32,988 nt of DNA from Spirochaetales bacterium (GCA_023139255.1 JAGLNY010000069.1:1-32988), one strand, 5' to 3'. Shown: positions 20,143 to 29,301, counted from the first letter of the stretch. Notes: generated by a model not told the origin, from the sequence alone. Program-made: numbers and translations.

Positions 20143-21236
20143 TATTTACACTCTGGAAATATGTAACAAGGCAAATATTTTTATCTTTTCTTCCAGCAGT
20201 TTTCTGTTTTGTTTTTGTATTGGAATTTGTTGATCTCTTTGCAAATATAAACAGATATGTAATTAATAATGTAGATTTCATTGATATACTAAAGATTTTT
20301 GTTTTATATCTACCAAAAACAATTGCTTTTTCTTTAAGTCCAGCCCTTTTGTTTTCAGGTACTTTTGTTCTTGCAGGCTTATATTCAAACAATGAATTAA
20401 TATCGATTTTAAATGCAGGTATTTCCTATAGAAAACTCATAATTCCTGTTATTGTTATTGGTATTTTTATGAGTTTATTCAGCTTTTTTTTTAATGAATA
20501 TATAGTTATTTCTACATTTAGAATGAAAAACGAAATTTCATCTGAACTTCTGGGGTTTTCCAGTTCGTTTAATAACACACAAATTGTTCTAAAGGTAAAA
20601 GTTGACAATCCGGAAGATACGTATATTGTATATTATGCAAAATATTATGACGATGAGCAGAAAAAAATTAACGATGTTGTAATCTTATACACTGAAAGCG
20701 GTAATACTTTAACTAAACGGGTAGATGCTTCATGGGGAAAATACAATGAGAAAGGAATTTGGGAGCTGAATGATGCTATAATTTATGATTTTTCAGGATC
20801 GGGAGTGAATCCACAATTTAAAGAAATCTATTCAGATTCAAATCTTAATCTTCATCCTGATTATTTACGAAATACGTCTGCAGATATTTCCGAATTAAAG
20901 ATTAATGAAGCTCGAAGATTGTTAGATCGTGTCAAAAAAATTAGCTTCATAGAGTATAGATCATATTATACGGATTTTCTTGAACGGTTTTCCTTTTCTT
21001 TTACACCTTTGATTGTTATTATGATTTCCAGTGCTTTCGCCTGGAGATTTAAGAAAAATATACTATTATTCAGTATTCTACTAAGTTTATCAATATCAAT
21101 ATTCTATTATGTAATTGAAATGCTGAGTATTATTTTTGCTAAACAGGGATTTATTTCGCCTGTACTTGGAGCCTGGTTGCCTTTTTGTATTTTCTTTCTT
21201 TTTGGGGCTCTTGCACTTAATTCAGTAAAAACTTGA
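20139..21236 (+). CDS. lptG: LptF/LptG (YjgP/YjgQ) family permease, LptG-like
   Basis: GTG start overlaps the upstream stop (GTGA). Contains NELISILNAGISYRKL and the C-terminal SPVLGAWLP. Confidence 0.85.
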   Translation: MIFTLWKYVTRQIFLSFLPAVFCFVFVLEFVDLFANINRYVINNVDFIDILKIFVLYLPKTIAFSLSPALLFSGTFVLAGLYSNNELISILNAGISYRKLIIPVIVIGIFMSLFSFFFNEYIVISTFRMKNEISSELLGFSSSFNNTQIVLKVKVDNPEDTYIVYYAKYYDDEQKKINDVVILYTESGNTLTKRVDASWGKYNEKGIWELNDAIIYDFSGSGVNPQFKEIYSDSNLNLHPDYLRNTSADISELKINEARRLLDRVKKISFIEYRSYYTDFLERFSFSFTPLIVIMISSAFAWRFKKNILLFSILLSLSISIFYYVIEMLSIIFAKQGFISPVLGAWLPFCIFFLFGALALNSVKT

Positions 21237-21245
21237 GGCTGTAAT

Positions 21246-22370
21246 ATGGAAAAACTTTTTAACCTTATTCATAAGGATTCTGGATCAAGCGCAAGAACTG
21301 GAAATATCCGATTATCACATGGAAATGTTAAAACACCTGCATTTATGCCGGTAGGTACAAATGGGACCGTAAAAGCTGTTCATCATTCAACAGTAGATAA
21401 AATTGGTTATAAACTTATTCTAGGTAATACTTATCATCTCTATTTACGTCCTGGACTGGATGTAATAAAGGAATTTGAAAGTCTACATAAATTTAGCAAT
21501 TGGAAACACAATATACTCACCGATAGTGGTGGTTTTCAGGTGTTTAGTCTTGCAGCTTTACGAAAAATAAAAAAAGAAGGAGTTACTTTTAGATCACATA
21601 TAGATGGATCCTATCATGAGTTGACGCCGGAAAAAGTTGTTGATGCCCAGATTATTTTTAATAGCGATATTTCCATGTGCCTGGATGTCTGCACCCCACC
21701 GTCAATCTCTGAGAGAGAGGCGATTGATGCACTTAAAATAACTCACACATGGGCAGAAAGATCATTAAAACACAGAAACAACTTTCCGGAATATTCAGGA
21801 AATCTTTTTGGTATTATTCAGGGAAACTTTTTTAAAGATTTACGTAAGAAAAGCGCATTAATAATTTCCGAATTAGGATTTCCAGGGATTGCGATCGGCG
21901 GGCTTTCAGTTGGTGAGCCGTTTGAGGTTTTTAAGGATATGCTTTCACACACTGTTCAGTTTATTCCTGTTGATCGTCCTCTTTATGTTATGGGAATAGG
22001 TACTCCTGAGTATATTTTAGAGGCTGTTGAAAATGGGGTAGACCTTTTTGATTGTGTTTTTGCAACTCGGACAGCAAGAAATGGTGCTGTTTTTACTAAT
22101 CATGGTATGATAAATCTAAAAAAAAGTTTTAATAAATTTTCTCGGGAACCTATCGTAGAAGGATGCTCTTGTGCAGCATGCACTCAATACTCAAAAGGAT
22201 ATCTTCATCATCTTTTTAAGGCAAATGAAATGTTGGGACCAATGCTTGCGAGTGAACACAACCTGACATTCTTATATGATTTTCTCTTTGATATACGGAA
22301 AAACATTCAAAGTAATAGCTTTAAAAGTTATAAAAATAATTTTTTGGAAATGTATGGTAAAAAAAAATAA
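21246..22370 (+). CDS. tgt: Queuine tRNA-ribosyltransferase (tRNA-guanine transglycosylase)
   Basis: Motifs TPAFMPVGT, NTYHLYLRPG, LTDSGGFQVFSL, GGLSVGE and FDCV. Zn site CSCAAC...H. Confidence 0.98.
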   Translation: MEKLFNLIHKDSGSSARTGNIRLSHGNVKTPAFMPVGTNGTVKAVHHSTVDKIGYKLILGNTYHLYLRPGLDVIKEFESLHKFSNWKHNILTDSGGFQVFSLAALRKIKKEGVTFRSHIDGSYHELTPEKVVDAQIIFNSDISMCLDVCTPPSISEREAIDALKITHTWAERSLKHRNNFPEYSGNLFGIIQGNFFKDLRKKSALIISELGFPGIAIGGLSVGEPFEVFKDMLSHTVQFIPVDRPLYVMGIGTPEYILEAVENGVDLFDCVFATRTARNGAVFTNHGMINLKKSFNKFSREPIVEGCSCAACTQYSKGYLHHLFKANEMLGPMLASEHNLTFLYDFLFDIRKNIQSNSFKSYKNNFLEMYGKKK

Positions 22371-22371
22371 C

Positions 22372-23922
22372 ATGTTAAATACTTCAAAAAATTCCAGTTC
22401 TCTGGTTTTTATGGTTTGTACACTTATTTCAAGATTGTTAGGAATTGTACGAGTCCGACTAATCTCTACATATTTTGGTGCCAGCGGTATAGCAGATGTA
22501 ATAAACTTCACATTTAATATTCCCAATAATTTTAGAAAACTTTTAGCTGAAGGGGCTTTATCATCCGCTTTTATTCCAATTTTAACAAAGACTGTGCAGC
22601 ATGATGAGCAATATGTACATGATAAGTATGCACAAACTTTGATACATAGAATAATGACATTCCAATTACTCATTCTCTTACCAATATCCATAATAGTATT
22701 TTTAGTTCCAGAGACAATAATTGGATTTCTTTCAGATTTTACAGATCTAAATCAAATAACAATTTCTGCTGCCTTATTAAAATATTTTATTTTGTACCTT
22801 ACGATTATATCAATAATAGCTGTTTTACAAGCAGCATTGCAATGCAGATCAAGATTTACAATAACAGCTTTGTCACCCTTGGTTTTCTCAGTCTCAGTTA
22901 TACTCTCAATTGTTTTTTTATCTGAAAAATATGGTGCTATATCTATGGGTATAGGAGTTTTGATAGGAGGATTGCTTCAGGGATTGTTGCTTTTACCTAT
23001 ATATTATCGGATAGGTTATAGTTTTCGTATCAACCTGAAATTCTATAACCCCTATTTTATCTCTGTTATGAAATCCTTTGTTCCAGTAGTTATTACTTCA
23101 ATCATTCTTATTGCTTCACAACAAGTATCATATTTTTTAGCAACAGGACTTCCTGTTGGAGGGGTTACAGCTTTATCCAATTCACTTGTATTCTGGCAAA
23201 TGCCTTATGGGGTATTCTATATCTCAATTGCTACCGTTTTATTCCCAGCAATGAGCAGGTGTTATCACGAATCAGATAGAGTTGGGCAGGTAAAAAATTT
23301 AGAGAAAGGTATTGGCTACATTATTGTTTTCTTGCTTCCTTCAGCTCTGCTTTTAATGTTTCTAAGTGATGAATTGGTATTCACTATTCTTCAGAAAGGA
23401 AAGTTTAGCCCTGAAAACGCAATGCGAACTGCTAAATCCTTACGATACTTCACTCCAGGTTTAATATTTGCAGGTATTTTTAATTTTAATCAGCGTTTTT
23501 TTTATTCCATTCACAAATTTACCCATACTGTATATATAGTTATTATTTATGCAGTTTCTGATATTGTTATATCAATACTTTGTATAGCATTGAATCTGGA
23601 TGTAGCTGCTTTGGGGATCGGGAGCTCCTCCGCTTATTTTCTATCAGTTTGTGTACAGGGATTCTTTATTAAAAAAGAATTACCTGAAATACGGTTTTGG
23701 CAACTTTCCAAATATGCTTTTAAAATTATACTGGCAAATATACCATTAGCAGCCGGATTGCTGATTTATCATTTTTCAAATACAATTTGGTTTATTCAGG
23801 GAAGTACGTTATTGAATTTCTTTATTCTCTTTACATTAGGTCTTCTTTATTTAGTAATAGTAATATTTTCTTACCGAATGTTTCATATCGATTTTATTTA
23901 TAAAAAAAGCGAATCGACCTAA
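22372..23922 (+). CDS. murJ: Lipid II flippase MurJ (MviN)
   Basis: Motifs TLISRLLGIVR and IPNNFRKLLAEGALSSAFIP in a polytopic membrane protein. The start is ATG 22372 or 22354. The track's 22276 start overlaps tgt by ~95 nt and is unlikely. Confidence 0.95.
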   Translation: MLNTSKNSSSLVFMVCTLISRLLGIVRVRLISTYFGASGIADVINFTFNIPNNFRKLLAEGALSSAFIPILTKTVQHDEQYVHDKYAQTLIHRIMTFQLLILLPISIIVFLVPETIIGFLSDFTDLNQITISAALLKYFILYLTIISIIAVLQAALQCRSRFTITALSPLVFSVSVILSIVFLSEKYGAISMGIGVLIGGLLQGLLLLPIYYRIGYSFRINLKFYNPYFISVMKSFVPVVITSIILIASQQVSYFLATGLPVGGVTALSNSLVFWQMPYGVFYISIATVLFPAMSRCYHESDRVGQVKNLEKGIGYIIVFLLPSALLLMFLSDELVFTILQKGKFSPENAMRTAKSLRYFTPGLIFAGIFNFNQRFFYSIHKFTHTVYIVIIYAVSDIVISILCIALNLDVAALGIGSSSAYFLSVCVQGFFIKKELPEIRFWQLSKYAFKIILANIPLAAGLLIYHFSNTIWFIQGSTLLNFFILFTLGLLYLVIVIFSYRMFHIDFIYKKSEST

Positions 23923-23939
23923 ATTAAGTCAATCCGCTT
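23902..23939 (-). terminator. Intrinsic terminator of greA
   Basis: The minus strand reads GCGGAUUGAC-uuaauuuag-GUCGAUUCGC-UUUUUUU, a 10-bp stem with two G-U pairs and U7. It starts about 20 nt after the greA stop. Confidence 0.8.
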
Positions 23940-23960
23940 ACTCTTCGAACTATCCGCTAA

Positions 23961-26636
23961 TTAAAAAATAAAAGCAGTAATACTATTAATTCTATAAGAA
24001 TATTCACGTTCGTTAATGATAAACTGTATTTCTTCCCCAACAGAATTATTCAGCAGTTTTGAACCAAAAGGAGCAAGATAAGAAATTATATTCTCAGAAG
24101 GATTTGATTCCCAAGGACCAAGAATTGTAAATGTCTCCTCACTGTTCTTATTTAAATTAGTCATTTGGACTATTGTCCCATATGAAACTTTTGATATGTT
24201 AATTTCTTCCTGTTTAACGATAGTTGCACGATCCAATTCATTAGTAAGTTTACCAACAGCTATGTTTAGAAGTTCCTGACGTTCTTTACCAGCCTTGTAC
24301 TCTGCATTTTCTTTTAGATCTCCTAAAAGTCGGGCTTCGCCAATTTCCTGAGAGTTTTGCGGGATTTCGACATCAAGAATTGTTTGAAGTTGTTTATGTT
24401 TTAAATCATACATTCTCTGTGTAACCAACAATCCGCCTGATATGGTTGTAGTACGGGAATTGTCTTCACCATGAAAAACAAAATTTGGGAATCTTTCCAT
24501 TATTATATGCTTTAACTCTATTAATACTGCAGGATCGAGTTCGTCGACATCTTTTACAAGACTATAAACACGTTTAATGGAATTCTGATCACTTTCATAT
24601 AGATACTGGTGAAGTCCTTTTTCGGTAAATAGGATTCCCGATATTATCTTACCAATTTTTCTATTAAAACTTACATCCTTTTTATTGCTTACAGCACGAT
24701 TAGATATATCCAGAAGGTGAAGTAGGGCGAGAAGGATTCTTTCAAAATCTATACCAATATAATCTTTCCAATATTCTCTGTCATAATATTTTACAAGCCA
24801 AAGAAACATTTCCGGCATTTCTTTATAGCGCGAATATGAATCATTAAATAATTGCAGTAAAGTATCATTAAAACCTTGGTCCTTCAATTCATCTATGATG
24901 AAATTACTCAAATAATAGGGAAATAGCTGCTTGAAAATCATATTCCAATCATTACGGAGAAACATTACTTCTTCCAGAAATGATCTCTTTAATTCAGCAT
25001 CCGGAAGATGAGAAAATATTTGATCTATATTTTGTATAGATGTAAATAAATCAGAAAAATTTACTTCAATATTCTGATTCAGAAAAGGGTAAGATTTTAC
25101 AAGCCGCTTAACGATTAAATAACTTGTTACTACAGTATCTGTAACATTAGCGAAACTTTTTAAAATACTAATGAAATATGAGAAAATCTCAGTAAAATTA
25201 TCTGATTCGGGATCACTATTCTCCAGGAATTCACGAAGAATTTTTACCTTTTGATAAAAATCTTTTTCTGCTTTAAACATATTCAATGTTTTTTCCTCAT
25301 AGGAAACAGGTGTTTCTCTCACTGAATATTCATCGGAACGATCCGGATTAACACCAAAATATGGATCTGTCTTAAGTAATTTTTTAGCGGCGGTGTTCCA
25401 GGCAAGCCACTCATTTGCTGTAAGTATTGATGGTACAATTTCAGCTTTTATTTGTTTAAGACTGGCTGAATTATTGAAACTTGTTATAATTGTTCTTAGT
25501 GTCCATAATATATCCTGCTTTATTTTAGTTTTAAGCTTCTCTTTCGGGAAAACGCTTTTAATAACCCAGATATGATTTTTCAACAGCACATTTAAAGCAT
25601 TTACTGCCATCTTCAGGGACATTGGATGATTACGTTTATTAATAAAATCAATGATAAGTGAATCTTCAAGTATTTGCTGGATTCTACCAATTCCCCATGT
25701 TTTATGATGAACAAATGTTCCCTGATCAAAGGATATATGTTTCTCAAAATCAGCTATTGCTGCATTGATATCACGATAGGACTGTGTCAGATTTGTTTTA
25801 TCAATATAATCCTCAAGTTTACTATGATCTTTATATTTTGATCTGTAACAGGTTATAAGCCGCTCTCTAGCATCTGCATTTTTAGGTTGATACTGTAGAA
25901 TCTCTTTTAATATGTAAATTGATTTGTTCCAATTACTTTCTGCAAAGTATATTTCATACATACCCTCAAGCATTTGGGAAGCCCTGTCTTTGTTGAGTAT
26001 TTTTACCACTCGTAAAATAATATTAATCTGATTATCAAAATCATCGGGATTGTAAATCAATAATTTTTGCCAAATATCTTTTATCTGTGAGAAGTTCTTT
26101 GTGTTGATATAACGATGAAGTGCTTTCATAAAATAAAAAACTGCTTTTTCAAGATCATTTTGTTCTTCGTAACGATCAGCAATAAGTTTTATCAGGTCGA
26201 TTTCATCATAATCTACTTTTATTAATCTTTCCCAAACTGCAAATTTTTCTTCTTCATTTCCCAGATTGTCATAACATTCAGAAAGAGAACGGAGTGCGAT
26301 TGCATTTTCACCATATTTCAGGAGACTCAGACAAAGAAATTCAACGATTTGCCATTTTCTATTATCATAAAAAAGGTTAATAAGCTGAATTATGTTTGAG
26401 TCATCAATTAAATGTTTTTCCAATGAAATAATTCCGGAAATATATAGTGCAATAATACTGTTTTTTGTATGATTTAAATGCTCATCACAATTTTCCTTGA
26501 TTTTGATCCAGTCATTTTTATGTACATCAGAGCTCAAAAGGTCATCTAATTCTTCAAAATTATTAACTGTATAGCTGTTTATTGTTGCCCTTGTCCATTT
26601 TTCTTCATTTAGCATCTCTGCAATTTTATCGATCAT
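23961..26636 (-). CDS. greA: Transcription elongation factor GreA, long spirochaete/Chlamydia type with ~730-aa N-terminal extension
   Basis: C-terminal GreA domain (EIGEARLLGDLKENAEYKAGKERQ; FTILGPWES...ISYLAPFGSKLL). The N-terminus is helical and TPR-like. SD GGAG lies 8 nt before the ATG. Confidence 0.95.
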   Translation of the reverse strand: MIDKIAEMLNEEKWTRATINSYTVNNFEELDDLLSSDVHKNDWIKIKENCDEHLNHTKNSIIALYISGIISLEKHLIDDSNIIQLINLFYDNRKWQIVEFLCLSLLKYGENAIALRSLSECYDNLGNEEEKFAVWERLIKVDYDEIDLIKLIADRYEEQNDLEKAVFYFMKALHRYINTKNFSQIKDIWQKLLIYNPDDFDNQINIILRVVKILNKDRASQMLEGMYEIYFAESNWNKSIYILKEILQYQPKNADARERLITCYRSKYKDHSKLEDYIDKTNLTQSYRDINAAIADFEKHISFDQGTFVHHKTWGIGRIQQILEDSLIIDFINKRNHPMSLKMAVNALNVLLKNHIWVIKSVFPKEKLKTKIKQDILWTLRTIITSFNNSASLKQIKAEIVPSILTANEWLAWNTAAKKLLKTDPYFGVNPDRSDEYSVRETPVSYEEKTLNMFKAEKDFYQKVKILREFLENSDPESDNFTEIFSYFISILKSFANVTDTVVTSYLIVKRLVKSYPFLNQNIEVNFSDLFTSIQNIDQIFSHLPDAELKRSFLEEVMFLRNDWNMIFKQLFPYYLSNFIIDELKDQGFNDTLLQLFNDSYSRYKEMPEMFLWLVKYYDREYWKDYIGIDFERILLALLHLLDISNRAVSNKKDVSFNRKIGKIISGILFTEKGLHQYLYESDQNSIKRVYSLVKDVDELDPAVLIELKHIIMERFPNFVFHGEDNSRTTTISGGLLVTQRMYDLKHKQLQTILDVEIPQNSQEIGEARLLGDLKENAEYKAGKERQELLNIAVGKLTNELDRATIVKQEEINISKVSYGTIVQMTNLNKNSEETFTILGPWESNPSENIISYLAPFGSKLLNNSVGEEIQFIINEREYSYRINSITAFIF

Positions 26637-26859
26637 CTACTCATCTCCAATACTGGTATCTACATCTTTTAAGCACATCTACAATCAAACATAATCCAGA
26701 ATAACATCCTGGAATTTGATAACCATTTATAACATAATGAATTATTAACACAATACTCATTTTCCAAACTAATAAAACAGACAAAAAAGTTTTGTACTGC
26801 TTAATTAATGAGTAAAATTTACTGCTATAAGTATCCAGGATTTTAACAAAAAAGGATAG

Positions 26860-26887
26860 ATTATATCAATACAAATACTGTTTTCAA
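26860..26887 (-). promoter_or_regulatory. Putative sigma70 promoter of greA
   Basis: On the minus strand, TTGAAA (26887-26882) is followed by a 16-bp spacer and TATAAT (26865-26860) with an extended -10 (TGa). Confidence 0.7.
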
Positions 26888-26934
26888 TCCATGCACTATA
26901 TAAAATACCCTATAAGTAATAATCTTTCAACCGA

Positions 26935-26964
26935 TTGATAATAGCTTCGCTTTCTGTTTATAAT
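26935..26964 (+). promoter_or_regulatory. Putative sigma70 promoter of rpe (leaderless geometry)
   Basis: TTGATA (26935-26940), an 18-bp spacer, TATAAT (26959-26964), then 6 nt to the ATG at 26971. Confidence 0.7.
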
Positions 26965-26970
26965 GATTTC

Positions 26971-27630
26971 ATGGATAAAAAGAAAATAATTATAGCACCT
27001 TCAATTCTATCAGCAGATTTTTCAAGTATTTGTGAAGCGTTATCTGTAATTGAGAGCTCTGGAGCAGAATGGGTACACCTTGATGTGATGGATGGTTTTT
27101 TTGTTCCAAATATAACTTTTGGACCAAAATTTATTCGAGACATACGTGCCGGATCCTCGCTGATCTTTGATACACACTTAATGATACATCAGCCTGAAAA
27201 TTTTATTAAGGATTTTGCTGATTCCGGATCTGATTATATAACAGTACATTATGAAGCTTCATTGCATCTCCATAGAACAATTCAGGAGATTAAATTGTCT
27301 GGTAAAAAAGCAGGGATTTCATTAGTACCATCAACTCCGGTTGAAGTACTTGAAGATATTCTTCCAGAATTAGACCAGGTTTTGGTTATGACTGTTAATC
27401 CAGGATTTGGGGGTCAGACTTTAATTCCATTTTGTGTTGATAAAATTGCAAAATTAAGAAATATGTGTGACAGGAAGAACCCTGATTGTAAGATTTCTGT
27501 TGACGGTGGGGTAAACAACGATACTATTTCTGTATTAAAAACCGCTGGAATTGATGTTGCAGTTACTGGGAGTGCTTTTTTTTCATCTCTGAACCCTACT
27601 GAATTTGTTAAGATTCTTAAAAACAGGTAG
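26971..27630 (+). CDS. rpe: Ribulose-phosphate 3-epimerase
   Basis: Motifs IAPSILSADF, HLDVMDG...PNITFGP, DTHLM, VMTVNPGFGGQ and VDGGV. The ATG at 26971 is preferred over the track's TTG at 26935, which coincides with the -35 box. Confidence 0.97.
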   Translation: MDKKKIIIAPSILSADFSSICEALSVIESSGAEWVHLDVMDGFFVPNITFGPKFIRDIRAGSSLIFDTHLMIHQPENFIKDFADSGSDYITVHYEASLHLHRTIQEIKLSGKKAGISLVPSTPVEVLEDILPELDQVLVMTVNPGFGGQTLIPFCVDKIAKLRNMCDRKNPDCKISVDGGVNNDTISVLKTAGIDVAVTGSAFFSSLNPTEFVKILKNR

Positions 27631-27631
27631 A

Positions 27632-27659
27632 TTGATTTTTATCTTATACATGATATAAA
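27632..27659 (+). promoter_or_regulatory. Possible promoter of dtd
   Basis: TTGATT (27632-27637), a 16-bp spacer, then TATAAA (27654-27659) preceded by TG. SD GAGGA at 27674-27678. Confidence 0.35.
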
Positions 27660-27682
27660 AAGCATAGAAGTATGAGGAAATT

Positions 27683-28129
27683 ATGCGGGCAGTCGTTCAA
27701 AGAGTACTAAAAGCAGAAGTTACTATTGATAAAAAATCTTATGGAAAAATATTACATGGATTACTTGTTTTTTTAGGAGTTGAAAAAGATGATACAGAGA
27801 AGGATCTTGATTATCTTGTAAATAAAATTGTAAACGCAAGAATCTTTCAGGATAAAAACAATAAAATGAACTTATCTGTATTGGATATTTGCGGTGAGGT
27901 TCTTGTTATCAGTCAATTTACATTATGTGCAAATGTACAGAAAGGAAACAGACCCTCTTTTAATAATGCTGCTGAACCTGTATTAGCTGAATTATTATAT
28001 AATAACAGTTTAGAAGCATTTTCAAAACATGTGCATACTGAATATGGAGTATTTGGTAAAATGATGAATATTGAGATAGTTAATTCAGGGCCTGTAACAA
28101 TTCTTTATGATTCAAAAAAGATTTTTTAA
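27683..28129 (+). CDS. dtd: D-aminoacyl-tRNA deacylase
   Basis: Motifs MRAVVQRV, SQFTL, KGNRPSF and NSGPVT (Gly-cisPro motif). Confidence 0.97.
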   Translation: MRAVVQRVLKAEVTIDKKSYGKILHGLLVFLGVEKDDTEKDLDYLVNKIVNARIFQDKNNKMNLSVLDICGEVLVISQFTLCANVQKGNRPSFNNAAEPVLAELLYNNSLEAFSKHVHTEYGVFGKMMNIEIVNSGPVTILYDSKKIF

Positions 28130-28166
28130 ATTTTTTGATTTTTTGAATTTTTTTACTAAATAATTC

Positions 28167-28175
28167 TGTTATATT
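28167..28175 (+). promoter_or_regulatory. Possible extended -10 promoter of recA
   Basis: TGtTATATT lies about 46 nt upstream of the recA ATG. No properly spaced -35 box is present. Confidence 0.35.
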
Positions 28176-28221
28176 AGTATAAAGTAATTAGGTGATTGTA
28201 GAGATATTCGGTGGAGGAAAT

Positions 28222-29301
28222 ATGGCAAAGAAAAATAATATTTCATTTGTTAAACATGAAGAATTAAGTGAAAAGAATAAGGCAATTGAAGCTGCTCGTT
28301 TGCAAATAGAAAAACAATTCGGTAAAGGCTCATTAATGAAGCTTGGAAATGAGAAAATTGATTTAAACATTGGGACTATTCCTTCAGGATCTATAATGAT
28401 TGATGAGGCGCTTGGAATTGGTGGATACCCAAAAGGTAGAATAATTGAAATATATGGGCCGGAAGCATCAGGAAAAACTACTTTGGCTTTACATGCATTA
28501 GCTGAAACCCAGAAGCAGGGCGGTATCGCTGCATTTATTGATGCCGAACACGCACTTGACCCAACTTATGCAAAAAATCTTGGCGTGAACATTGATGAAT
28601 TATGGATTTCACAACCTGATACTGGCGAACAGGCTCTTGAAATAACCGAGTCATTAGTTCGTTCCGGCGCTGTAGACATAATTGTTATCGATTCAGTAGC
28701 AGCACTCACTCCACAAGCAGAAATCGATGGGGAAATGGGTGATTCACATATGGGGCTCCAGGCAAGGCTTATGAGCCAGGCGCTTAGAAAATTAACTGCT
28801 ATTCTCTCAAAATCACAGACCTGTCTCATATTCATAAACCAGATCAGGATGAAAATTGGAGTAATGTTCGGAAATCCAGAGACAACAACAGGCGGAAATG
28901 CTTTAAAATTTTATTCCAGTGTACGTATTGAGGTCAGAAGAATTGAAACTATATCAAAAAATGCTGATGAAGCTATCGGTAATAGGGTAAGAGTTAAAAT
29001 TGTCAAAAATAAAGTCGCTTCTCCCTTTAAAAAAGTTGAAATCGATTTGATGTTTGGGAAAGGAATCAGTTATTTCGGGAGCCTGTTAGATGCAGCAGTT
29101 AAATATGATTTAATTTCCAAGAGCGGAAGCTGGTATACCTATGGTGATAATAAAATAGGTCAGGGAAAAGAGAACGCTAAACAGTTTCTTGAAACACAAG
29201 TTGAAATCTCAACTGAGATTGATAAAATTTTACGAAATATAATGTTTCCTGAAGCAAATAAAAAAAATCTGATAAAAACTTCGAAGAATAAAATTTTGTA
29301 A
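28222..29301 (+). CDS. recA: Recombinase RecA
   Basis: Motifs [31 protein letters not shown] and [19 protein letters not shown]. The ATG at 28222 has SD GGAGG (28213-28217) and is preferred over the GTG at 28192. Confidence 0.99.
   Translation: MAKKNNISFVKHEELSEKNKAIEAARLQIEKQFGKGSLMKLGNEKIDLNIGTIPSGSIMIDEALGIGGYPKGRIIEIYGPEASGKTTLALHALAETQKQGGIAAFIDAEHALDPTYAKNLGVNIDELWISQPDTGEQALEITESLVRSGAVDIIVIDSVAALTPQAEIDGEMGDSHMGLQARLMSQALRKLTAILSKSQTCLIFINQIRMKIGVMFGNPETTTGGNALKFYSSVRIEVRRIETISKNADEAIGNRVRVKIVKNKVASPFKKVEIDLMFGKGISYFGSLLDAAVKYDLISKSGSWYTYGDNKIGQGKENAKQFLETQVEISTEIDKILRNIMFPEANKKNLIKTSKNKIL

Noticed and set aside
21246-22370. tgt as a DNA-modifying DpdA-like or queuine-salvage variant
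   Set aside because: It retains canonical bacterial TGT motifs, including the Cys in DVCTP and the Val in GGLSVGE, and no dpd or que genes are nearby.
22276-22371. N-terminal extension of MurJ overlapping tgt
   Set aside because: It is a longest-ORF artefact. The MurJ motif begins after the ATGs at 22354/22372.
28130-28221. LexA/SOS box upstream of recA
   Set aside because: There is no CTGT-N8-ACAG or GAAC-N4-GTTC, only an isolated CTGT half-site. A lineage-specific box cannot be excluded.
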